The notes under the pieces were generated by a model. It ran no database searches, was not told where the DNA came from, and saw nothing but the letters and a program-made list of their open reading frames with translations. Positions 20,753-31,446 of a stretch of 64,000 nt of DNA are shown piece after piece (positions within the stretch are counted from its first letter, which is position 1; every line of letters starts with the position of its first letter). Origin of the DNA: Bacteroidota bacterium (GTDB taxonomy: Bacteria; Bacteroidota; Bacteroidia; UKL13-3); assembly GCA_027487835.1 (NCBI GenBank), contig JAIYCU010000020.1:10970-74969 (forward strand), given 5' to 3'. Made by a program: the position numbers and the translations under genes.

Positions 20753-23149
20753 TTGACGGTTTCAAGAGTTATAGAAAATAAATTGGCTTTTAATCAAATC
20801 ACGGATTTGGTTATTGCCCGCTGCTTATCACCTATGGGTGTTGGATATGCACAAAAAGTAAGATTCATAAATCGCTTCGATTTAATAGAAAAATTGCTAT
20901 TACAAACCAAAGAGTTTAAAAGTGTATTGCAGGAGCGACTCCCTTTTCCAGATCAAAATTATTTAGACATTGGTCCTTGGTTGTACAAAGCCAGAATCGA
21001 AGGGGTTTGGTTATTGGAAGAGGAACTTCATCAAGTGCGGTTAACGGTTCAAACCTTTTTACATATTGCAAAATTCTTGCGCGAGCGAAATGGTTTATAC
21101 CCCAATTTAGAAGCCTTAATGGAAGGGCTTTTAATTAATGATTTAGTAATTCGCAGAATTGATAAAATCCTAGAGCCAGAAGGTAAGCTTAAGGCGAATG
21201 CCTCGCCAGAATTGTCTAAATTATCCCAAAAAATAAACGAAAAGGAGTCAGAAATCAGGAGAAAAACCCAAAAGTTATTTGATAAGTACCAGGATTTGGG
21301 CTACCTCGCTGATAATATTGGTGTGAGCATTAGAGAAGGCAGAATGGTGCTACCTGTTTTGGCAGAGCATAAAAGGCATGTAAACGGCTTTATGCATGAT
21401 GAATCTCAAACGGGTCAAACAGTCTATATTGAGCCAACAGATTGTTTTGATCTTAATAATTTCTTGCGGGAATTACAAATGGCTTACAGAAGAGAGCGTG
21501 AAAGAATCTTGCTTGAAACCACAGACCAATTGCGCCCTGAGATTCCAGAATTAGAGAAAAATCAACTGCGTCTAGGCTTGTTTGATTTTGTTCGTGCAAA
21601 GGCCTTATTAGCCATCGAAATGAAAGCGGATATGCCAATTCTATCAAGGCATCCTGGTATAAATTACTTACAAGCGTATCATCCATTGCTAAAGATGAAT
21701 CATGATAGACAAGGACTAAAAACGGTTCCATTGTCGGTAAGCCTTTCAAAAGATTCGCATATCATGGTTATTTCTGGTCCAAATGCAGGCGGTAAATCTG
21801 TTTGTTTAAAAACCATTGGGCTTTTGCAATTTATGTTGCAATGTGGTTTTTTGATTCCTTGTGATGCCGCAAGCGAGCTTGGTATTTTTAAAGATATTAT
21901 GGTTGATATTGGCGATGAGCAAAGCATCGAAAACGACCTAAGTACTTATAGTTCACACCTGCTGAGCATGAAAAATTTTACAGAGTTTGCAGATGCCAAA
22001 ACATTATTTTTAATTGATGAATTTGGTACTGGAACTGACCCTCAATTTGGTGGACCCTTAGCAGAGGCTATCTTACATCATTTAACTAGAAAGAAAGCAT
22101 TTGGGGTGGTTACAACCCATTTTAGCAACCTTAAGAATTTTGCCAACCATACCCCAGGATTACTAAATGCATGTATGTTGTTCGACCATGAAGCCTTGCA
22201 ACCTTTATATATTTTAGAAACTGGAAAACCAGGCAGTAGCTATGCGTTTGAGCTTGCTGTTAAGTCTGGTTTGAACCAACAAATTATCAACTACGCCAAA
22301 AACAAAGTGGGCGATAAACAAAGGAAAGTAGAAGAGTTATTGGTAGAATTGGAGCGTGAAAAGCAGCATGTTAATGAGTTGCGCATTCGTTTTACAGAGA
22401 AAGAAGAGAAATCTGAAGCTATGCTTTTGAAATACGAAACCTTAACCAATAAGTTTGAGGCTGAGAAAAAGCAATTACTTAAAAAAGCAAAGGAAGAGGC
22501 ATTAGCACTGGTTGCGGAAGCCAATAGTAAAATTGAGGCTACCATTCGAGAAATTAAGCAAGAACAAGCTAGCAGTGAGGTGCAAAGAAAAGCTCGAACC
22601 TTGGTAAAGGATGAGATTCAACAATTGAAAGAAGCTGTTGGCGAGGCTACTGAAGTTATTCAAAGCAAAACGGAAGGGATTTTGAGTTTAGGCAATATTC
22701 AGGTAGGTGATATGGTACGCGTAATCGGACAAGAAACGCCGGTAAAAGTGATAGAATTACAAAAAAACAAAGCAGTTGTTGGAATGGGGGATTTGCGAAG
22801 CACTGTTGCTTTACAAAAACTTGAAAAATTTTCTTCTGACCAAGAGCAAGTTGTAAAACGACTTGCTCCTAAAGGGATTGACTTTAATGCGAAGATGCAG
22901 CACTTTTCTTCGGAGCTTAATGTGATAGGTACGCGCGGTGAAGAGGCTTTGAAACAATTGGATGATTACCTTGATGATGCTTTAATTTTAGGCATCAAAC
23001 AAGTAAGAATTGTGCATGGAAAAGGATATGGTATTTTAAGGAAGCTTGTAAGAAATTCTTTAAAACTTAATAAGCGTGTTGAAACATTTCAAGATGAACA
23101 TGTTGAATTAGGCGGAGATGGGGTTACAATTGTTACCTTAAAGGTATAA
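20753..23149 (+). CDS. mutS2: Endonuclease MutS2 with C-terminal Smr domain
   Basis: SGPNAGGKSV Walker A, DIGDEQSIENDLSTYSSHL, DEFGTGTDP, IVHGKGYGILR...GGDGVTIV. Confidence 0.96.
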   Translation: MTVSRVIENKLAFNQITDLVIARCLSPMGVGYAQKVRFINRFDLIEKLLLQTKEFKSVLQERLPFPDQNYLDIGPWLYKARIEGVWLLEEELHQVRLTVQTFLHIAKFLRERNGLYPNLEALMEGLLINDLVIRRIDKILEPEGKLKANASPELSKLSQKINEKESEIRRKTQKLFDKYQDLGYLADNIGVSIREGRMVLPVLAEHKRHVNGFMHDESQTGQTVYIEPTDCFDLNNFLRELQMAYRRERERILLETTDQLRPEIPELEKNQLRLGLFDFVRAKALLAIEMKADMPILSRHPGINYLQAYHPLLKMNHDRQGLKTVPLSVSLSKDSHIMVISGPNAGGKSVCLKTIGLLQFMLQCGFLIPCDAASELGIFKDIMVDIGDEQSIENDLSTYSSHLLSMKNFTEFADAKTLFLIDEFGTGTDPQFGGPLAEAILHHLTRKKAFGVVTTHFSNLKNFANHTPGLLNACMLFDHEALQPLYILETGKPGSSYAFELAVKSGLNQQIINYAKNKVGDKQRKVEELLVELEREKQHVNELRIRFTEKEEKSEAMLLKYETLTNKFEAEKKQLLKKAKEEALALVAEANSKIEATIREIKQEQASSEVQRKARTLVKDEIQQLKEAVGEATEVIQSKTEGILSLGNIQVGDMVRVIGQETPVKVIELQKNKAVVGMGDLRSTVALQKLEKFSSDQEQVVKRLAPKGIDFNAKMQHFSSELNVIGTRGEEALKQLDDYLDDALILGIKQVRIVHGKGYGILRKLVRNSLKLNKRVETFQDEHVELGGDGVTIVTLKV

Positions 23150-23833
23150 TTACAACTTTTGGAATTGTTCAAATGCTGCAGTTAATGAATCATAATCAGT
23201 ATAACCATTAGCCAAAGCATACCATTTGCCATTTTTTATTGCCAGCACTGCCGGATAGCCATTAACTCCCAAAGTAGAAACATGTTTAAAACTGTTAAAT
23301 GCCCTTGTCTTCATTTCCTCAGATTTTAACATTTGTAAAAACTGTTCTGGCTCAAAGTCAAATTGTTTAGCCAAAGAAATATAAACAGAATCTTCTCTTA
23401 AATCTAAGCCTTCAACATAATATGCTGCTTGAAGTGCAGAAGCAAAGGGTATGGCCTTCTTATTATCCAATGCTTTACATACCTCCATTGCAATGGAAGG
23501 AATGACAGAACTTGAATAAATGGATTTTGTTTTTAATTGATTTAGGTAGGCTTGACCAAACTTTACACCTGTTAATTTTTCTAATCTAGGATAAGCACTA
23601 AGAATATAATCAGCAAAATCGCCAATTGGGCCTTCTCTTTCTCCAACCACCATCCCACCACTTAAAACATCAAAATAAAAAGTGGTGTCATATTCATGGG
23701 CTGCTTTCTTAATTACCTCAGAGAATCCAAAGCACCAGCCACACATAGGGTCAAACACATAAAAAATTGTATCTTTTGCGTTAGTTGTCATACAATAAAG
23801 GCTAAGTAATAAACCAATAAAAATCTTTTTCAA
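23150..23833 (-). CDS. DsbA-family thioredoxin-fold protein
   Basis: FDPMCGWCFGF, GVNGYP; signal peptide. Confidence 0.88.
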   Translation of the reverse strand: MKKIFIGLLLSLYCMTTNAKDTIFYVFDPMCGWCFGFSEVIKKAAHEYDTTFYFDVLSGGMVVGEREGPIGDFADYILSAYPRLEKLTGVKFGQAYLNQLKTKSIYSSSVIPSIAMEVCKALDNKKAIPFASALQAAYYVEGLDLREDSVYISLAKQFDFEPEQFLQMLKSEEMKTRAFNSFKHVSTLGVNGYPAVLAIKNGKWYALANGYTDYDSLTAAFEQFQKL

Positions 23834-23847
23834 AGTAGGTAAGGGTC

Positions 23848-24249
23848 TTAACTTCTTTGGGTGATATAATATAATCCAATTATACCTGCTACAAAGTGCA
23901 TTGGAATGGTTAACAAAGCAAAGTGTTCAGGCGTGGGTGTGCCATCTGGCAAGACCGATGCAAATGAAGGAAATAAACTAAATGCGGTAAAGGAACCGCC
24001 AATAAAAATAAACAAACGATTGGCTTCTTTAAAATGCTTTTGTAAGAAAAAATAGATAAACGCACCAATTAGTATTGGAACAATTGAAGAGATAACTACC
24101 GCCACTGGAAACCCATTTGGTAGCCCATTAATTTTTAGGATATATTCTAAAATAAAAAGCCAAGAGATATTAATACCTGCTGTAATTAAACCTCCTTGAA
24201 AGGCGGCCTTCAGAATATTAGCTAATTTTTTATTATTCAATTCGCTCAT
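23848..24249 (-). CDS. Hypothetical membrane protein (4 TM)
   Basis: Four hydrophobic segments, C-terminal PMHFV. Confidence 0.7.
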   Translation of the reverse strand: MSELNNKKLANILKAAFQGGLITAGINISWLFILEYILKINGLPNGFPVAVVISSIVPILIGAFIYFFLQKHFKEANRLFIFIGGSFTAFSLFPSFASVLPDGTPTPEHFALLTIPMHFVAGIIGLYYITQRS

Positions 24250-24641
24250 AACATTTTTAGGATGTTTTCTATTTTTTGTGCGTTTAAAGGTTTTGATATG
24301 TAATCAAGTACAAAGGGATATGCTTTAGATTTTTCTTGGTCGCGAGAATCAATAGAAGAGCTAAACATAAAAATTCTCATTTGAAGATGATTTTTTTCAA
24401 TGTCATTCAAAAAATCCCAACCATTATAGAGAGGCATATTAATGTCTAGTAGGATGATACAATTTTGATCAAAACCCTCTGATAAAAAATGTTGAATCGC
24501 TTGTTTTCCATCCTTAAAAGCTTCAATTTCAAATCCCTTATTGAATTGTTGTAAAATCCTGGTGGTTAAAAATATGGTGATATCATCATCATCGATAATC
24601 ACAAACTTTAAAGGATTTTGATAGGGCAAGGTATTTTCCAA
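24246..24641 (-). CDS. Single-domain response regulator
   Basis: IIDDDD, LLDINMP, FSSS, YISKPL. Confidence 0.92.
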   Translation of the reverse strand: MENTLPYQNPLKFVIIDDDDITIFLTTRILQQFNKGFEIEAFKDGKQAIQHFLSEGFDQNCIILLDINMPLYNGWDFLNDIEKNHLQMRIFMFSSSIDSRDQEKSKAYPFVLDYISKPLNAQKIENILKML

Positions 24642-24718
24642 TTTTCACCAAGTATTTAAGCAATACTAAGCATACTTTTATCCAATTAAAAGAGGAAAAT
24701 ATACAAGCCTGTGTAAAT

Positions 24719-25453
24719 CTAAAAGATGGATTTCCATACCAATCTTGTACCAGTGCTTCCCCAATCCTTTAGACCTTTTGTAATTTCGTCTCTAAAAACG
24801 CTAAAATTCACCTTTTTACCTTTTAGTTTAGGTACTAAAAAGACATTTTCTGGTAAGCTTTGGGGTTCTATTTTTGTGGCAAAATAAGTAATATTCAATC
24901 TTGGAATTACAATCCCTAAAATCATTCCAGGTAAGCCATTAAAACTCTCTGGACCTGCTGATACTGGAATTTGTTCGGTATAAAAGGCAATCACATACAC
25001 CGAATCAAATAAAACAGTGGCGGCCTTTCTGCAGGTATATCCTGCAATTTCTCTAAACTCTCCAAGGTATTTCCAATCATAAATAGGCAGACTATCTTCT
25101 ATGATATAATTATTTTCAAATACTTGTTTTACCGCTAAGAGTTGCGTGTCTTTAAAATTTTGCCATACTAGGTTTGTATTGGCTGGTTTGAGCCAAGAAG
25201 GCGTTGCGGCCTCATCCTCTATTGATATTTTATAGGCCGATTGAAGTGCATTGAAATTCAATTCAAAAAAATCTACTTTGTACTTTGGAAGTGTTTTTAA
25301 AAAAGCATCTCTCCAGCTACTTTCTTCTGTAAATTGTTTATGTAAATTTTCCTTCCTTTCAAAGGTGATTTTTCCAGAAAGAATTATTTGTTGGGCGTTT
25401 ACGTTTTGGGTCAAACCAAAAACTAAACAGAAGATTAATATAAATTTACTCAT
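24719..25453 (-). CDS. GLPGLI family protein
   Basis: IAGYTCRKA, AFYTEQIPVSAGPESFNGLPGMIL; signal peptide from MSKF. Confidence 0.9.
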   Translation of the reverse strand: MSKFILIFCLVFGLTQNVNAQQIILSGKITFERKENLHKQFTEESSWRDAFLKTLPKYKVDFFELNFNALQSAYKISIEDEAATPSWLKPANTNLVWQNFKDTQLLAVKQVFENNYIIEDSLPIYDWKYLGEFREIAGYTCRKAATVLFDSVYVIAFYTEQIPVSAGPESFNGLPGMILGIVIPRLNITYFATKIEPQSLPENVFLVPKLKGKKVNFSVFRDEITKGLKDWGSTGTRLVWKSIF

Positions 25454-28256
25454 TGTTTTTGGCCTCATTTTTATTGCTATTCAAATTCCATGTTAACCCA
25501 AATAATACATAGCGTTTAAGCACTAAATAGTTTTGCTCATTGATATAATTACTATTAGCATTTCTTTCGAAACCAATATTTTGATTAAAAACATCTACCA
25601 CGGTAATTCTAGCAATCAGTTGATCCCATGCTAATAATTTTTTACTCAAGTTTATATTTACAATGGTATTGGTATTTCCGGCAAAAGAACCAGTTCCTGC
25701 TCTGTTGTTCCAGTTTCCATCAATGCCAAACTTAAATTTCTTGGGTAGGTAAAAGCTTGCACTTGCATTTACCATATAAGTATAAAAATTGATGACAGCA
25801 TCTTTTCTTAAACTGGTGGTAGAACGGCTATAGTTAATGCCTGGCGATACATAAATATCTAATTTTTCTTCCTTTTCATAGCTAATATTTAAATCGTAAT
25901 TTAGGTTAGAACTTAAGTTTTGATTGCTGAGTCCGTTAATAAAATTAGCTCTTTTATATATTCCACCATTTAAACTATTTCCAATGCCTAAGTTTAATTT
26001 TGAAATTTTGAAAAAGTAATAGGTATAGAAACTTGCTGATTGATTGCCATCAACATTTACCGTTTTAAAAACTCTTCTGCCTAGGGCATCTACTTGGTCG
26101 AAGTTTGCAAAATCATTGAGCGTATTGCTAAGGTTGAAATTCAGCCATAAACTTTTTCCAGAGATTGGCTTATAATTATTATAACTAATATTAATATCAT
26201 TTCTAAAGCTTTGACCTAAGCCTGGATTACCTTGAAAAACAACTAAGGGATTACTTAAATTTTGGATTGGATTAATTTGTTGCAAAGTTGGCTGTCGGGT
26301 TGAACCTGTATAGCTAAAATTTAATGCGCGCGTAGTACTTATTTTATAGTTTAACCGAGCGGACGGAAACAGATTAGTAAAGTTTTGGGTGAGAACGGTA
26401 TCTAGAGATTTGTTATCCTGTATTAAGGTAGTTTGTGAAATTTTTGCGCCGATAGAGGTGTTAATTTTTTTGTTTATAAACCTTAATAAGACTTCTCCTT
26501 TTTGAATCCCAATGGTATAATTTAAATCATTAGAAAGTGAGTCCACCAATTGGGTGTAATTACCTGCAGCAGTTTTATTAAATGTGTTGATGCTAGATTT
26601 ACTTTTAGTTAAATGATAATCATAACTACTCACCAAAAAGAGTTTTTTACTAAGCGGTTCTGTGTAAGTTATTGCACCACCTAGTGCATTTCCGCTTTCA
26701 GCGGCATCGGTTAATTGATCTAGTTGCTGCTCACTGTTAATACTTGAATCGCCATTGAAAAAAATTGTGCTCGACAGTAAATTTCCAATTTTATTATTCT
26801 GAGTAATTCGCTGATCATACTTTAAAGAGAGGGTGCGCCCCAAGGTTTTAAATTTTTTATTTAAGACCATTGAATAATTTAAAGTAGTATTATCTCCTTC
26901 ACTTTTATTGGTTCTATTGTTTCTGTTTACCAAACTATTGTCTTCATTTAAGTTGTCGGCATTAATGGTTGAACTGTTATTATAAAAGGACTGCATAAAA
27001 TTTCCTTTAACAATTAGAGTACTTAAAGAATCTAACTTAAATTCTGCCTTTCCATTTATATTATTATTTGTGCGGTTATTACGGGTTCGTGTAAGGACGT
27101 CATTGTAATAGGTGGTGTCTGGTAAAATCCATTGCGAATAATCTCTTTCGGCTCCTGTGATTAATGTGTTTCTATGTGAGGCTGTTAATTGATAAATTTG
27201 CTTGTCGTTTTTTATTTTATCGCTATAATGAATACCTGCATAACGCGAAGTGGGTATACCATTTCCATTATATTCACCATCGCCACTTTCAAAATAACTA
27301 TACATATAACCACTGGCTTCATCATATTCTACATTGTTTCCGCCTAAATATTGCTCTCTTTCTTCCCAATCTAAATCGGTATTTTCTGTATTAGAGAAGG
27401 TAGAAAAAACAGATACTTTTCTTTTCCCTGCAAACTTGTTTATCAAAGCCTTGCTTTCGTATCGGTTTTCATTTCCACCAACATTATTTAAGCCCGGACT
27501 ATTATTATTATTCGGTGTGCCATAGGCTGCCTCTATTTTGCCAAAGTATCCTTTTTTTGCTTCCTCTTTTAGGGTCAGATTAATGGTTTTTTCTTTGGTT
27601 CCATCGTCTATGCCTGTAAACGCACTTTGCTCACTCTTTTTATCAAATACCTGAACAGTTTCTACATTATCAGCCTTAATATTTTTGGTAGCAATGGTTG
27701 GGTCATTCCCAAAAAACTCTTCTCCGTCTACTAATACCTTTTTTACTTCTTGCCCTTGAGCGGTAATTTTTCCATCCTTGTCAACTTGTATCCCAGGCAA
27801 TCTTTTCAATAACTCCTCAACATTCGCACTTTTATTTACCAAAAAACTATCCACTAAAAACTCTACGGTATCACCTTTTATTTTAATGGCTTGGCGGTCT
27901 TTGATAATAATTTCTTTCAATAGATTTGCCTTAGAAATTAGACTAATGCTCCCTAAGTCTTTCGTTTCATTAGCTTGAAAACGTAAAATTTCTTCATAAT
28001 CAGCAAATCCTGGCTTTGCAATGAGTAGTCGATAGGTATCTGGCAAAAGGTTTATAAAAGAAAAAGCACCATTATTATTGGTAAATTGTTTTTTATAAAT
28101 AGTTGAATCCCGTTTAATAAGTACCACTGCAGAATATGCCATAGGCTTGTAATTGCTGGTATCTTGCAAGGTTCCTTTTAGTGCAGCTGTTTGGGAAAGG
28201 CCGAGGAAGGGGAAGGTGAAAAAAGTAATAAAGTAAAGGAGTCTAATTATTTTCAT
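25446..28256 (-). CDS. TonB-dependent-receptor-like outer membrane beta-barrel protein
   Basis: N-terminal carboxypeptidase-regulatory-like domain, LLKRLPGIQVD..G plug, VDGEEFFG, GNPGL, C-terminal beta strands; upstream of GLPGLI gene. Confidence 0.85.
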   Translation of the reverse strand: MKIIRLLYFITFFTFPFLGLSQTAALKGTLQDTSNYKPMAYSAVVLIKRDSTIYKKQFTNNNGAFSFINLLPDTYRLLIAKPGFADYEEILRFQANETKDLGSISLISKANLLKEIIIKDRQAIKIKGDTVEFLVDSFLVNKSANVEELLKRLPGIQVDKDGKITAQGQEVKKVLVDGEEFFGNDPTIATKNIKADNVETVQVFDKKSEQSAFTGIDDGTKEKTINLTLKEEAKKGYFGKIEAAYGTPNNNNSPGLNNVGGNENRYESKALINKFAGKRKVSVFSTFSNTENTDLDWEEREQYLGGNNVEYDEASGYMYSYFESGDGEYNGNGIPTSRYAGIHYSDKIKNDKQIYQLTASHRNTLITGAERDYSQWILPDTTYYNDVLTRTRNNRTNNNINGKAEFKLDSLSTLIVKGNFMQSFYNNSSTINADNLNEDNSLVNRNNRTNKSEGDNTTLNYSMVLNKKFKTLGRTLSLKYDQRITQNNKIGNLLSSTIFFNGDSSINSEQQLDQLTDAAESGNALGGAITYTEPLSKKLFLVSSYDYHLTKSKSSINTFNKTAAGNYTQLVDSLSNDLNYTIGIQKGEVLLRFINKKINTSIGAKISQTTLIQDNKSLDTVLTQNFTNLFPSARLNYKISTTRALNFSYTGSTRQPTLQQINPIQNLSNPLVVFQGNPGLGQSFRNDINISYNNYKPISGKSLWLNFNLSNTLNDFANFDQVDALGRRVFKTVNVDGNQSASFYTYYFFKISKLNLGIGNSLNGGIYKRANFINGLSNQNLSSNLNYDLNISYEKEEKLDIYVSPGINYSRSTTSLRKDAVINFYTYMVNASASFYLPKKFKFGIDGNWNNRAGTGSFAGNTNTIVNINLSKKLLAWDQLIARITVVDVFNQNIGFERNANSNYINEQNYLVLKRYVLFGLTWNLNSNKNEAKNNE

Positions 28257-28359
28257 AGCGTATCAAAAATGACAATCTCTTAACATAGTTTAAAGAAATT
28301 TATTATAAGTGGTTAAAGATTGGTTTGAGCCAAGTCAATTTATTACTTTCGAACACGCA

Positions 28360-29103
28360 ATGGAGCAACAAAAAGAATGGTTTAAAGAATGGTTTAATTC
28401 GCCTTATTATCATATATTATATGGCGATAGAGACCAGCAGGAGGCAGAGTTTTTTCTAAGAAATTTAGTTCAACAATTTTCTCCAGCCCCTCAGGCTACT
28501 TTCCTAGACCTAGCCTGCGGCGCAGGCCGGCATAGCATATTTTTGAACAATTTAGGTTTTCAGGTTACAGGGATTGACCTTTCTAAACACAGTATTTCCA
28601 TTGCTAAACAATACGAAAACCCAAGCCTGCATTTTGAAGTTGGTGATTTAAGAACCTTTCACCTACCCACCACCTTTGATTTTGTGTTAAACCTTTTTAC
28701 TAGTTTTGGCTATTTTGATTGCATGGATACAAATAAGGAGGTTCTGCATCAAGTAAAACAATCTCTTAAGCCTAATGGTGTTTTTATTATTGATTTTATG
28801 AATGCCGATAAAATCCTAGAAAACTTGATTCCTTTTGAATTAAAAGAAAGACAAGGAATTATTTTTGAAATCAGCAAAACCATAGAAAATGGGATAATAA
28901 TAAAAGATATTTCATTTACCGATCTAGGGAAATCGTTCCATTACCAAGAAAAAGTGCAAGCTTTAACCTTAAATGATTTCAATAACTTGCTTTCTCAATG
29001 CGGTTTTCAACTACTTTCTACCTTTGGAAATTATGCCCTCGAATCCTATGATAGGCAAGAAAGTGATCGTCTCATTTTAGTTTCCCAACTCAATCATGCT
29101 TGA
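28360..29103 (+). CDS. Class I SAM-dependent methyltransferase
   Basis: WFNSPYYHILY, LDLACGAGRHS, GIDLS, NLFTSFGYF. Confidence 0.9.
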   Translation: MEQQKEWFKEWFNSPYYHILYGDRDQQEAEFFLRNLVQQFSPAPQATFLDLACGAGRHSIFLNNLGFQVTGIDLSKHSISIAKQYENPSLHFEVGDLRTFHLPTTFDFVLNLFTSFGYFDCMDTNKEVLHQVKQSLKPNGVFIIDFMNADKILENLIPFELKERQGIIFEISKTIENGIIIKDISFTDLGKSFHYQEKVQALTLNDFNNLLSQCGFQLLSTFGNYALESYDRQESDRLILVSQLNHA

Positions 29104-29659
29104 ACAATTACTTAGTTTAGATAGGTCCCTATTTTTAGAAATAAACAATGGATTATCGCATCCATTTTTAAATGAATTATGCTTGACCCTAAGAAACCAA
29201 GCTACTTGGTATCCGATGTATGCTGTATTTATTTTCTTTCTTATTAAACAATATAAAATTGAGTCTTGGAAAATTTTATTAGCTGCTGGTTTAATGATTT
29301 TGTTATCTGATCAATTTAGCGCAAACTTGGTAAAGAATACATTTATGCGCGCTCGCCCTTGTGCAGAGCCATTATTGTCGGGTAAAGTAATTCATTTAAC
29401 GGGTTCATGTAATGGATATAGTTTTATATCAGCACATGCCACCAATCATTTTGCATTGGCTATATTTTTGGCCTATTGTTTTAAACAATTAAAGTGGTTA
29501 TTGCCAGTTTTGATTTTATGGGCCTTGAGTATTGCGTTTTCTCAGGTATATGTTGGGGTGCATTATCCTTTAGATGTAACGGTAGGGGCACTATGTGGTA
29601 CTCTCTTTGGTGTAGCTTTTTCTAGGTATGTTTTTAAATTTGTTAAGGTAAACATATGA
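29096..29659 (+). CDS. PAP2 family phosphatase
   Basis: K....RARPC, SFISAHA, SQVYVGVHYPLDV. Confidence 0.9.
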   Translation: MLEQLLSLDRSLFLEINNGLSHPFLNELCLTLRNQATWYPMYAVFIFFLIKQYKIESWKILLAAGLMILLSDQFSANLVKNTFMRARPCAEPLLSGKVIHLTGSCNGYSFISAHATNHFALAIFLAYCFKQLKWLLPVLILWALSIAFSQVYVGVHYPLDVTVGALCGTLFGVAFSRYVFKFVKVNI

Positions 29660-30387
29660 GTTGGTTGTGGTTATTATTATTGCCTGTTGGGCCTTTGGTA
29701 GGTACTTATTTAGGGGTTAAAGGCGCTAGAAAAGTAGGTGGCAGTTTAGCCTGGTTTTTATCTTTTGCAGGCGCATATCTTTTAGGCATTACTATATTAA
29801 ATTTAATTCCTGAGGTTTTTAGGGTATTTGATCCCTTAAAAGGTGCCCTGATGTTAATGGGATTCTTTTTTCAAATTTTTTTAGAGCGATTTTCAGAAGG
29901 GGTAGAGCATGGGCATATGCACGCCCACCATCATTTAAAACATAAAGTTTTACCAGTAGGGGTGGTGGTTTCATTAAGCTTACATTCTTTTTCGGAAGGG
30001 GTGCCTTTAGGTGCTTTGTGGCTTGAAGGTAGTTCGCACTTTTTTCCTTTTCTTTTTGGGATTATGATTCATGAGGTACCAGCTGCCTTTGCCTTATTAA
30101 CATTACTAAAAGGTTTAAACCTAAGCGAGAGTTTACTTACCAAAACAGGGTTGCTTTATTCTATAATGTCTTTTGCTGGAGCCATGGTAAGCATGCTGCT
30201 AGAGTCGAGCATTCCAGTGGAGTTTTTCGAATATTTTATGGCGTTCGTCATTGGAACCTTCTTACATATTTCAACTACTATACTATTTGAAAATAGTGAG
30301 CACCATATTTTTAACAAAAAGAAGTTGAGTGCGGTTTTAGCAGGTATATCTGCAGCTTTGCTCATTAGTATGATGCACGTGCATTAA
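29656..30387 (+). CDS. ZIP family metal transporter
   Basis: EHGHMHAHHH loop, LHSFSEG, HEVPA, FLHISTTILFE. Confidence 0.9.
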   Translation: MSWLWLLLLPVGPLVGTYLGVKGARKVGGSLAWFLSFAGAYLLGITILNLIPEVFRVFDPLKGALMLMGFFFQIFLERFSEGVEHGHMHAHHHLKHKVLPVGVVVSLSLHSFSEGVPLGALWLEGSSHFFPFLFGIMIHEVPAAFALLTLLKGLNLSESLLTKTGLLYSIMSFAGAMVSMLLESSIPVEFFEYFMAFVIGTFLHISTTILFENSEHHIFNKKKLSAVLAGISAALLISMMHVH

Positions 30388-30788
30388 AGAAATCTGTCTT
30401 TATTTTCAGCACTTGGCATAGGGCAAACATCATATTTCCCAAACCATCGATATCTATGGGCTGCTACCCAATTATACATTTTGCGTGTAGTTGTTTTAGG
30501 CAATATTTTTCCAATACAAATAAGATTAGCAGGAAATCCTAGAATTTGTGCAATTTTAAAAGCAGCATTATCATATTGAAATACCTTTTTTTTATAAATC
30601 AATACGATTGAATCTTGGGCTTCATCTATTTGGTTCAAACCGAGAGATGCTTTGCCAATGCTTGACTGTAAGGCGGCGAAATGGAATTTTTTTTTTCTGT
30701 CTAGCTTTATAATAATTTTAACAAAGCCATTACACAAAGCGCAATGACCATCATAAAGCACTAAAATTTCTATTGCTTCCTTAGCCAT
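30384..30788 (-). CDS. DCC1-like thiol-disulfide oxidoreductase (DUF393)
   Basis: YDGHCALCN, FAALQS, RYRWFGK..C. Confidence 0.9.
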   Translation of the reverse strand: MAKEAIEILVLYDGHCALCNGFVKIIIKLDRKKKFHFAALQSSIGKASLGLNQIDEAQDSIVLIYKKKVFQYDNAAFKIAQILGFPANLICIGKILPKTTTRKMYNWVAAHRYRWFGKYDVCPMPSAENKDRFL

Positions 30789-31185
30789 TTTTTTTAGCCA
30801 ATTCTGGGTTGAACCTAATTGGGCTAAAAACGTAAATCATAATTACACGCGAGTATCTATAGGAAAAGGGTGTAAATAATATGAAGCTTGAAATGATAGG
30901 AATTATATACATCCAGAAGTTGGCCTCCCCAGAACTAAGCAATAAAATTGCACCTCCAATTATGAGCATGAGCGCAACAGAAAACCCATAACTTATATAC
31001 ATTGCACCCCAAAAGAAACCAGGTTCGATTTCAAACTTTAAATTACAAACAGGGCAAGATGCATTCATGTTTGTAAAGTTCTTTAAATCGTAAAATGGAT
31101 GAGTAAACATTTTCCCACTTTGACATTGGGGGCATTTGCACTTCAATAAGGACATTCCTTTTGAAGGTTCGTATAAATCGCACAT
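30781..31185 (-). CDS. DUF983 domain membrane protein
   Basis: CPQCQSG, CPVC, EPGFFWGAMYISY, two TM segments. Confidence 0.85.
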   Translation of the reverse strand: MCDLYEPSKGMSLLKCKCPQCQSGKMFTHPFYDLKNFTNMNASCPVCNLKFEIEPGFFWGAMYISYGFSVALMLIIGGAILLLSSGEANFWMYIIPIISSFILFTPFSYRYSRVIMIYVFSPIRFNPELAKKNG

Positions 31186-31186
31186 A

Positions 31187-31444
31187 TTATGGTTGAGTTG
31201 AGAGAGCGTTTTTCTTTTCTTTATACTTTTTAAAGTATATATAGGCAAAGGCACCTGCAATTAGGTAAGGAAGTGCCAATAAATACAGAATGCCATCATT
31301 AATTGTATTTCCTACTTCTGTGCTTCCATTTTGCCTAGCCATTTCTAAGTTGCTTTTACACATAGTGCATTGTGCTAATAGCTCAGGCATTGAAAAAATA
31401 AGTAAGGCCAATAGAAGAAGTGAAAATTGAAGGCTTTTTTTCAT
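31187..31444 (-). CDS. Small conserved membrane protein of the oxidase operon (QCxMC motif)
   Basis: Signal peptide, AQCTMCK, INDGILYLLALPY TM; last genes of the cox cluster. Confidence 0.75.
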   Translation of the reverse strand: MKKSLQFSLLLLALLIFSMPELLAQCTMCKSNLEMARQNGSTEVGNTINDGILYLLALPYLIAGAFAYIYFKKYKEKKNALSTQP

Positions 31445-31446
31445 AA

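Noticed and set aside
11591..23149. uvrB, cinA, mfd and mutS2 as a dedicated repair/competence island linked to the repeat motif
   Set aside because: All are ordinary core genes in separate units interspersed with unrelated genes; nothing in the sequence ties them to the motif
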